Source: a virus | DNA length: 64,000 nucleotides | Virus record (IMG/VR): IMGVR_UViG_3300021088_000009 | Direction: 5' to 3' (one strand) | In this document: positions 17,107 through 23,021 of the stretch, one piece after another | Layout of the letters: each line of letters opens with the position of its first letter | Numbering within the stretch: the stretch's first letter is position 1 | The notes under the pieces: model-generated | Databases searched by the model: none | Seen by the model: the letters and a program-made list of their open reading frames with translations, nothing else | What the model was told of the DNA's origin: nothing | Made by a program: the position numbers and the translations under genes

Positions 17107-17173
17107 CTCAGTCAGGATAAAGAGTGCCTGTTTTGGGTACAGGATGCCGGGGGTTCGAATCCCTCCACCCGGA
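17097..17173 (+). tRNA. tRNA-Pro(TGG)
   Basis: Perfect acceptor stem ccgggtg/cacccgg. Anticodon loop TTTGGGT. T-loop TTCGAAT. Confidence 0.7.
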
Positions 17174-17179
17174 CTGGTT

Positions 17180-17400
17180 TCGATGCGCAGAGTTGGGTTA
17201 CTTCACAGGTTCGATTCCTCACGCCCCCACCCCTCGGGGGCGGCCACATGGGTGGTTTGTTCCTGGCTCGCTTGGTTCTCGAAACCTTTCAACGCGTGTG
17301 GTTCTGATGCGTAGACGCGGGATACTTCACTTAATCTGTGGGTTGCGGGTTCGAGTCCCGTCACCCCGCTTCAGGGGTGTAGCTCAAGTGGCAGAGCAAT
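17180..17400 (+). repeat. tRNA-derived degenerate repeats, copies C/D with orphan T-arms and an orphan 5' tRNA half (AGGGGTGTAGCTCAAGTGGCAGAGC)
   Basis: Two GATGCG..GGGTTACTTCA units. Orphan T-arms CAGGTTCGATTCC and GCGGGTTCGAGTCCCGTCACCCCGC. The 5' half is not followed by an anticodon arm. Confidence 0.5.
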
Positions 17401-17607
17401 AGAAGCAAGATACCTGTGTCGACTCGGTTCTCAGAACCACCTAGGATTCCCTTCGCGGGGAATGAGATGAGTGTATGGCCGTTGACTCTGAACAGTCGGC
17501 CACGGCGTACGCTGCGAAGTAGGCAAACGTAAGCCCTTATCCGGGTGCTGATACACTCGACAAGGCAATCGTAAGCCCTACGTTTGCACGTGGCGTGCGC
17601 CAACTAG

Positions 17608-17682
17608 AGCGGGGTGGCGCAATTCGGTTAGCGCGAGGGCCTCATAAGCCTTAGGTTGCCGGTTCAAATCCGGTCCCCGCCA
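17608..17682 (+). tRNA. tRNA-Met(CAT), initiator-like 1:72 mismatch
   Basis: Anticodon loop CTCATAA. T-loop TTCAAAT. A1·C72 mismatch, with the other six acceptor-stem pairs G-C. Confidence 0.6.
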
Positions 17683-17878
17683 CTAGAGGGGTAATGCTGG
17701 TTCAAATCCAGTCGGTGAAAACCTTCGGGTGATTAGCTGTCGGCTAATGGTAAGCCGCCTCTCGTTTTACCATCCGGCATGTTGGCCCGAGTGTCGGAGT
17801 TCGACCCCTAAGTGTGCGCACACAGGACGCGTCCCGTAATCACGGCACACGTGACGTTCATCGGGCTTCCACAATCAA

Positions 17879-17951
17879 TGGCCTATAGCTTAACTGGCAG
17901 AGCGGTGGATTGTTACTCCATCAGATCTTGGTTCGAATCCAAGTAGGTCAG
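17879..17951 (+). tRNA. tRNA-Asn(GTT)
   Basis: Acceptor stem tggccta/taggtca. Anticodon loop TTGTTAC. T-loop TTCGAAT. Confidence 0.65.
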
Positions 17952-18078
17952 CGTAGAATCCGTCAGCTTCCGGAGGTGTGACGGCTAGCTACCCAAGACC
18001 CACGCGGTCGACAACGGTACGGGGGTCGCTCCCCCTTGAAAAGGCCGGTGTCGTCATTGCCTCTCTGTCTTGGTCAAT

Positions 18079-18149
18079 GCGGGTGTAGTTTAATGGTAGA
18101 ACTAGTGCCTTCCAAGCAACAGGCCGGGGTTCGATTCCCCGTACCCGCT
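18079..18149 (+). tRNA. tRNA-Gly(TCC)
   Basis: T4-like D-loop TTTAATGGTAG. Anticodon loop CTTCCAA. T-loop TTCGATT. Anticodon stem is weak. Confidence 0.55.
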
Positions 18150-18213
18150 CTAGGCCCGCCAGCGGGTCTTCGTGCCCCCCGCTTACTGTGGCGGTGGTTG
18201 GGGGCACACCAAT

Positions 18214-18297
18214 GGAGGGTAGCGTCCGATGGTGGACATCCCGCCTCGAAAGCGGGTGCCGGGGGCAACCCCGAGGGTTCGACTCCTTTACCTTCCG
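18214..18297 (+). tRNA. tRNA-Ser(CGA)
   Basis: Perfect anticodon stem cccgc/gcggg with loop CTCGAAA. Long variable arm ccggggGCAAccccg. T-loop TTCGACT. Confidence 0.65.
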
Positions 18298-18605
18298 CGC
18301 CGGGGACCGTCATAAATTGTCAAGGCCCAGTGTCCCGCGATACCCAAGGGACCAGTTTCGATGCGGCTGCGACGGTAAGCACGGATAAGCTGTGAACCCA
18401 AATATCCGAACCTAGGCGGAATGGGTGAGCTGAAACGGGTCGCGTACGGGCCCGCCCCCGCACCACTTCGTGTGAATATGCTCTGGGTCCCGAGGGCCTT
18501 AACTGGTCGGGATACAACACTTGCTAGTAGCACAGCATGCCCCCATGGCCATGGGGGAGTCTGGGCGGGGAAGTAACCGGTCGCCCGGAGTCCACACACG
18601 AAAAT

Positions 18606-18690
18606 GGAAGATTGCCAGAGTCTGGCCGATTGGGCGTCACTGCTAATGACGTGGGCCTCGGTCCCAAGGGTTCGAATCCCTTATCTTCCG
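18606..18690 (+). tRNA. tRNA-Ser(GCT)
   Basis: Perfect acceptor stem ggaagat/atcttcc. Anticodon stem-loop cgtca CTGCTAA tgacg. Long variable arm. T-loop TTCGAAT. Confidence 0.7.
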
Positions 18691-18691
18691 C

Positions 18692-18835
18692 GTGACCGAA
18701 GAGAAGAAGGTCAGAACGTCCGGGGGTGTTCCACTCACGGACGAGTTGCTGGACAAGTTGGCGGAGGAAGCTGAAGCCGGATACGATCCGGCCAAGTTGA
18801 AGCCGCGTAAGAAGAACACCGAAAAGAAGAAGTAA
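18692..18835 (+). CDS. hypothetical 47-aa protein (motif SGGVPLTDELLDKLAEEAEAGYD, RHH/antitoxin-like)
   Basis: GTG start 2 nt after tRNA-Ser. Lys-rich C-terminus. The motif resembles small actinobacterial RHH/antitoxin-like proteins, but that is an inference. Confidence 0.45.
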   Translation: MTEEKKVRTSGGVPLTDELLDKLAEEAEAGYDPAKLKPRKKNTEKKK

Positions 18836-18909
18836 CCCTCTCTAGCTCAACAGGACAGAGCGCCCCATTCCTAACGGGTAGGTTCGGGGTTCGATTCCCC
18901 GGAGGGGGA
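18836..18909 (+). tRNA. tRNA-Arg(CCT)
   Basis: C1:G72 pair. Anticodon loop TTCCTAA. T-loop TTCGATT. Same body as the neighbouring Arg(CCG). Anticodon stem has two mismatches. Confidence 0.5.
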
Positions 18910-18915
18910 CGTTAA

Positions 18916-18989
18916 CCCGCTTTAGCTCAATAGGACAGAGCACCGGTTTCCGAAGCCGGAGGTTCAGGGTTCGATTCCCTGGAGTGGGA
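18916..18989 (+). tRNA. tRNA-Arg(CCG)
   Basis: Perfect anticodon stem ccggt/gccgg with loop TTCCGAA. T-loop TTCGATT. Confidence 0.65.
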
Positions 18990-18990
18990 C

Positions 18991-19067
18991 GGTGGCTGTC
19001 GCCCAATTGGCCGGGAGCCAGATTGTGAGTCTGGATGATGCGGGTTCGAGTCCCGTCAGTCACCCCA
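18991..19067 (+). tRNA. tRNA-His(GTG) with encoded G-1 and 3' CCA
   Basis: Extra 5' G precedes acceptor stem gtggctg/cagtcac. Discriminator C. CCA is encoded. Anticodon stem-loop ccaga TTGTGAG tctgg. Confidence 0.75.
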
Positions 19068-19083
19068 AACTTAAGGAAATAAC

Positions 19084-19347
19084 GTGACTGAGCGCGCGGA
19101 GTTTCCACACTGCGACATGCGTATCTTGCACGCTCCGGGTGAGTGCGAGTATTGCGAAGAATATTCGGACTGGCAGGATCTGCGGAAGCGGTGGGGTATT
19201 GCCTTTACCGGGCATGAACCGCAAGAAGTACGTGTGTCGGGTACGCTGATCGCACGGGAGCTTCCGTGTCCAGCCGATTTCAACCGGCCGCCGTCCAGTT
19301 CCTCGGATCACCGTCAGTGGCCTGGTAACACGCCGGAAGGGTACTGA
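19084..19347 (+). CDS. hypothetical Cys-rich protein embedded in the tRNA array
   Basis: AAGGAAAT RBS followed by a GTG start. 87 aa. Carries the motifs HCDMRILHAPGECEYCEE. Confidence 0.5.
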   Translation: MTERAEFPHCDMRILHAPGECEYCEEYSDWQDLRKRWGIAFTGHEPQEVRVSGTLIARELPCPADFNRPPSSSSDHRQWPGNTPEGY

Positions 19348-19351
19348 CTAA

Positions 19352-19425
19352 GCCCTGGTAGCTCAGCTGGATAGAGTGCCACGCTACGAACGTGGAAGTC
19401 GGGGGTTCAAGTCCCTCTCAGGGTA
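19352..19425 (+). tRNA. tRNA-Arg(ACG)
   Basis: D-arm TAGCTCAGCTGGATAGAGT. Anticodon stem-loop ccacg CTACGAA cgtgg. T-loop TTCAAGT. Confidence 0.7.
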
Positions 19426-19572
19426 CGTTGCACACCGTTCGTTCTTTCGCAAGAAGATCCCGGTACGTGGTTTCCGATGTAGCCAACGACACTCAGACTG
19501 TCGCTCTGGCGGTTACCACCCCTTGACGGAGAGGGACCCGAGTGAAGTCCGTCGTCCGGTGTGCACACCTAC

Positions 19573-19645
19573 GGCGCATTAGTTCAATTGGCGGAACGTC
19601 CGGTTCTCAGCCGGGAGGTTGTGGGTTCGAGTCCCACATGCGCTA
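19573..19645 (+). tRNA. tRNA-Glu(CTC)
   Basis: Acceptor stem ggcgcat/atgcgct. Anticodon stem-loop tccgg TTCTCAG ccggg. T-loop TTCGAGT. Confidence 0.65.
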
Positions 19646-19788
19646 CGTATCGGCTAGTGGGATAGCCCCGTAGGATCGCAACCCACGGGCTAGACGCAGA
19701 GGTGACGGCCACCTGGGAGTCCCTGGGCTGTCTCTCGCTGGTGAACGGTCAGGGACTCCCGACCGGACACCGGGAAGCTATCCATCAT

Positions 19789-19862
19789 GGTCCCTTAGCC
19801 CAATGGCAGGAGGCACTCCGCTCAAAACGGGGACAGTGTGCGTTCGAATCGCACAGGGACTA
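19789..19862 (+). tRNA. class-I tRNA with anticodon CAA (Leu anticodon on a Gln/Glu-type body, short variable arm)
   Basis: Acceptor stem ggtccct/agggact. D-arm gcc-CAATGGCAGGA-ggc. Anticodon stem-loop ctccg CTCAAAA cgggg. Variable region is only 5 nt. T-loop TTCGAAT. Confidence 0.55.
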
Positions 19863-19875
19863 CGCAGTGCAGTAT

Positions 19876-19948
19876 GGCCCGTTGGAGTAATAGGAAGCTC
19901 ACCTGACTTTCATTCAGGAGTGTGCGGGTTCGAGCCCCGTACGGGCTA
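19876..19948 (+). tRNA. tRNA-Glu(TTC)
   Basis: Perfect anticodon stem cctga/tcagg with loop CTTTCAT. T-loop TTCGAGC. Confidence 0.65.
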
Positions 19949-20051
19949 CGTCTACCGGTTAAATGAATTGAATCAGCCTTCGGGTGCCGGGACTGTGAAG
20001 CGGGGAGCGTGGGAGGGTCCGCCGTGCCGACTAGGGATGAGGTCGGCCCAT

Positions 20052-20123
20052 TCCGTACAGCGTTGGTTGTGCCGGCGGGCCTGTAAAGCCCTCCCGTGTG
20101 TGGTTCGAATCCACCGTGCGGAA
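20052..20123 (+). tRNA. possible tRNA-Tyr(GTA), class-I-like
   Basis: Acceptor stem tccgtac/gtgcgga. Anticodon loop CTGTAAA. T-loop TTCGAAT. Short variable region and weak D-arm. Confidence 0.4.
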
Positions 20124-20219
20124 CGATCACCGGGGTTAATCAGGGTGTCCCTGGTGATTGCGGTGAGACAAGTAGGAACGGCGCAGTAAGCGCGGGTGTT
20201 GTGGTAGCGCCCGCGTCAT

Positions 20220-20295
20220 GCTCCCTTAGCCCAACTTTGGCAGAGGCGTCCGGTTCAGGTCCGGGAGGTTGAGAGTTCGAATCTCTCAGGGAGTA
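20220..20295 (+). tRNA. class-I tRNA with anticodon CAG (Leu anticodon, short variable arm)
   Basis: Acceptor stem gctccct/agggagt. Anticodon stem-loop tccgg TTCAGGT ccggg. Variable region AGGTT. T-loop TTCGAAT. Confidence 0.55.
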
Positions 20296-20305
20296 CGTTT
20301 GTTAT

Positions 20306-20380
20306 GCACCTATAGCCCAACCAGGCAGAGGCGTCACCTTGAGGTGGTGGAGGTTCCGGGTTCGAATCCCGGTAGGTGTA
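20306..20380 (+). tRNA. class-I tRNA with anticodon GAG (Leu anticodon, short variable arm)
   Basis: Acceptor stem gcaccta/taggtgt. Anticodon stem-loop tcacc TTGAGGT ggtgg. Variable region AGGTT. T-loop TTCGAAT. Confidence 0.55.
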
Positions 20381-20507
20381 CTGGGCGCGGTACCTTTCTC
20401 TCCGGTGCCAGGTTGCGAAAAGCCGCGCCCTCCTTTCTCGTTCCGGAGCCATCGGATGAGAAACGGCGTCCGTGCCCTGTTGGCTTGATGGGGGGCACGG
20501 GCGTTAT

Positions 20508-20578
20508 GGCGGATTGACCGAGAGGCTAGGTGGCAGCCTGCAAAGCTGCTCACGGGAGTTCGAGTCTCCCATTCGCCT
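20508..20578 (+). tRNA. tRNA-Cys(GCA)
   Basis: Acceptor stem ggcggat/attcgcc. Perfect anticodon stem gcagc/gctgc with loop CTGCAAA. T-loop TTCGAGT. Confidence 0.6.
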
Positions 20579-20640
20579 CGGAAGTGCTGTAGGCCATTCG
20601 CTTCGGGGATCCTAGGAACCCTCGCGCGATGGGGAAGCAC

Positions 20641-20678
20641 GCGATAACTGAAAGCCTTGAAGGTTATCGCTTTGTGTG
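20641..20678 (+). terminator. hairpin plus T-run (candidate intra-array terminator or processing site)
   Basis: Stem gcgataac/gttatcgc followed by TTTGTGTG. Confidence 0.35.
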
Positions 20679-20746
20679 CGCGGATGGATGTAGGCTTCCT
20701 GCCGGTTTCGCACACTAGGACGCCAACGAAGTGGGAGCCAACTTTT

Positions 20747-20815
20747 GCCGGGGCTACTGGCTGTAGACAGCGGATTCCAAACCCGCTAGGCAGGGTTCAA
20801 TTCCTTGGTCCGGTG
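20747..20815 (+). ncRNA. tRNA-like element: possible tRNA-Trp(CCA), or the tRNA-like module of a Y-RNA
   Basis: T-arm caggg TTCAATT ccttg. Anticodon-like loop TTCCAAA. Acceptor pairing is imperfect and the element is unusually short at 69 nt. Lies about 340 nt upstream of the Ro60 gene on the same strand. Confidence 0.35.
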
Positions 20816-20925
20816 CTCAGCGGCCGTCAGCTGTGATGACGGTATGGCTACCTATCGGCCTGATCAGGTAGGGCTAATCCGGGGGTTGCCCGGGTGCCGG
20901 GGAGCGTCGGCTATAACCGCTCACG

Positions 20926-20977
20926 AGAGGTGTTCACATGCCAGCTAGCCCCCGGCGTGTGGACACCTCTTTTTTGT
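20926..20977 (+). terminator. strong rho-independent terminator ending the tRNA array
   Basis: Stem agaggtgttcaca/tgtggacacctct followed by TTTTTT. Confidence 0.75.
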
Positions 20978-20999
20978 TGACCAACACCAAGGAGTGCGC

Positions 21000-21152
21000 A
21001 TGTCCGAAGAGATGATCACCATTCCGATGGCGCGACACGCCGAACTGGTCGAAGCCGAACACCTCCTGTCCGCGCTGGAAGCGGCCGGCGTCGACAACTG
21101 GGAAGGCTACGACCACGCCATGGAGATCATGCGCAGCGAAGGAGGGAACTAA
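21000..21152 (+). CDS. hypothetical 50-aa acidic protein
   Basis: AAGGAG RBS, ATG start. Lies directly upstream of the Ro60 gene. Confidence 0.55.
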   Translation: MSEEMITIPMARHAELVEAEHLLSALEAAGVDNWEGYDHAMEIMRSEGGN

Positions 21153-21155
21153 CCC

Positions 21156-22907
21156 ATGTCGAAGTTCAACCAGAAGACGCCCGACGTGTTCGGCCGTGTC
21201 GGCGCGGGAGCGGGATCCTCCCCGATCGTCGTGGACCGGCGCGCGTCGGCACGCACTTTCGAGGGTGCGCCGTCGTTCGCGCGGTCCGACCGTGGCCAGC
21301 TGTTCCTCACGTGCACGGCCGGGTTCATCGCCGAGGACAAGTTCTACGAGACCGGCGACGCCACGGTGAACCGGGTGCGGGAGTTGACCGCATCCATCGC
21401 GACCGAGACCCGACCGCGTCAGAAGCTGGCCGGCGCGTTCACGGGGAAGTCCGTGGACGTCAAGACCGGCCGTGTGCATTCCGATGACATCGACACCGGC
21501 GCGGCATGGTTGACGCCGTTCATCAACTGGGCCCGGCGCGTCGGCAACGTGCGCACCGCGCCCATCGTCGTCGCCTGCGAGGCGGTGCACGCACGGTTGA
21601 AGGCCGGCATCAACGGCGGCAACCGCGAGATGCTCCGCGCACCGCTGGCCCGGGCCGACGAGCCGGGCGAGATGGTCGCGTACTGGCGGGCCCGGTTCGG
21701 CCGCGCGATCCCCATGTGCATGAAGCGCGCCATCGGGGACGTGCTCCCGCAGTTGTACACGGAGTACTCGGCGTTGAAGTACGACACCGCCGCGCATGCG
21801 GTGCGGTTCGGTGACGTCGTGGACATCGTCCACCCGACCGACGCGGCGACCCCGGCACGGAACGCGTTCTACCGGTGGCTGATGGACCGCCGTCACCGGC
21901 GGGACAACGCGACCGCCAGCGCGGCTGGTCACCTCCCGATGATCGTCGCCCGTGCCCAGTTGGAGACGATCCCGGTCGCGGACCGGCGTGCCCTGGTGGG
22001 TTCGGCTGACCTGGACACGTGGATGCGGAACGCGGGCATGACGTGGGAGTCGCTGTCCGGGTGGCTGTCGGACGGTGGCGGCATGGACGCGGCCGCGTGG
22101 GAGGCCATCATCCCGAACATGGGATACATGGCGTTGTTGCGGAACCTCCGCAACTTTGACCAGGCCGGCGTGTCCGATGAGGTCGCCGGGCTGATTGCGA
22201 CGAAGCTCGCTAACCCGGGCGAGGTGGCGCGGTGCAAGCAATTCCCGTTCCGGTTCCTGTCCGCGTTGCGTCAGGTGCCGTCGTTGCGGTGGGGTCACGC
22301 GCTGGACAAGGCGTTGACGTTGTCCACGGGGAACGTGCCGGTGCTGGACGGGCGGACGTTGATCCTGGTGGACACGTCGGGGTCGATGGGCAACCCGATG
22401 TCGGGGAAGTCGAACGTGTCCTGTGTGGACGCGGCCACGGTGTTCGGTGTGGCGTTGGCGTTCCGGAATCGGGGGAACGTGGACCTGGCGGGGTGGGCTA
22501 CGGGCACGTATGAGCAGACCATCACGCGGGGTGGGTCGCTGATCAGCGAGGTGAAGAAGTTCACCGAGCGCGCCGGGTCGGTGGGTCACGGGACGGATCT
22601 GGGTCAGGCGTTGGCGAAGACGTTCCGGCGTGGGGAGCACGCGCGGGTGTTCGTGTTCTCGGACATGCAGTTGATGGGATCGAGCTGGTACGGCGGCGCG
22701 GATGCGGTCAACCGGTATGTGCCGGCGGAGGTGCCGGTGTACTCGTGGAACCTGATGGGGTACGCGGGTGCGATGACGGCGGGCACGAACCGGCATGAGC
22801 TGGGCGGCCTGACGGACGCGACGTTCCGTCTGGTGCCGACGATCGAGGCGGCGCAGACCGGGGTGTGGCCGTGGGAGTTGGACGCGGCGGAGGTGTTGTC
22901 GCGGTAG
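21156..22907 (+). CDS. rsr: Ro60-like TROVE-domain protein with C-terminal vWA/MIDAS domain (Rsr orthologue)
   Basis: 583 aa. GAAGGAGGG RBS. N-terminal TROVE-like region. C-terminal MIDAS motif in LILVDTSGSMGNP. This domain order is characteristic of Ro60/Rsr. Confidence 0.7.
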   Translation: MSKFNQKTPDVFGRVGAGAGSSPIVVDRRASARTFEGAPSFARSDRGQLFLTCTAGFIAEDKFYETGDATVNRVRELTASIATETRPRQKLAGAFTGKSVDVKTGRVHSDDIDTGAAWLTPFINWARRVGNVRTAPIVVACEAVHARLKAGINGGNREMLRAPLARADEPGEMVAYWRARFGRAIPMCMKRAIGDVLPQLYTEYSALKYDTAAHAVRFGDVVDIVHPTDAATPARNAFYRWLMDRRHRRDNATASAAGHLPMIVARAQLETIPVADRRALVGSADLDTWMRNAGMTWESLSGWLSDGGGMDAAAWEAIIPNMGYMALLRNLRNFDQAGVSDEVAGLIATKLANPGEVARCKQFPFRFLSALRQVPSLRWGHALDKALTLSTGNVPVLDGRTLILVDTSGSMGNPMSGKSNVSCVDAATVFGVALAFRNRGNVDLAGWATGTYEQTITRGGSLISEVKKFTERAGSVGHGTDLGQALAKTFRRGEHARVFVFSDMQLMGSSWYGGADAVNRYVPAEVPVYSWNLMGYAGAMTAGTNRHELGGLTDATFRLVPTIEAAQTGVWPWELDAAEVLSR

Positions 22908-22912
22908 GCGAA

Positions 22913-22947
22913 GGGGGAACGGTCGTGAGGGCCGTTTCCCCTTTTCC
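22913..22947 (+). terminator. rho-independent terminator
   Basis: Hairpin ggggaacgg...ccgtttcccc followed by TTTTCCC. Confidence 0.5.
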
Positions 22948-22956
22948 CGCCACAAC

Positions 22957-22994
22957 TTCAAGGAGTTGACTACCCGGGAACTCTCGGGTAGGGT
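22957..22994 (+). promoter_or_regulatory. promoter copy P7
   Basis: TCAAGGAGTTGACTACCCGGG with -35 at 22966-22971. -10 TAGGGT at 22989-22994. Confidence 0.55.
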
Positions 22995-23021
22995 TCTCGT
23001 CAGACCAAAGGAGGCCCGGAG

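Noticed and set aside
17683-17722. Second T-arm GCTGGTTCAAATCCAGT plus CGGTGAA immediately after tRNA-Met, considered as a separate tRNA
   Set aside because: No complementary 5' acceptor or D/anticodon arms lie upstream. It is treated as a 3' tRNA fragment (pseudogene remnant).
19376-20189. Plus-strand ORFs 19376-19582 and 19803-20189 inside the tRNA array
   Set aside because: They overlap tRNA-Arg(ACG), tRNA(CAA) and tRNA-Glu(TTC) genes and have poor codon bias, so they are likely spurious.
14500-20950. Searched for a tmRNA (tag-peptide reading frame ending in ...ALAA-stop, with 5' GGGG.. and 3' TCCACCA tRNA-like ends)
   Set aside because: No plausible tag reading frame or paired tmRNA ends were found. 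The tRNA-like oddities are better explained as decayed tRNA copies or a Y-RNA-like element.
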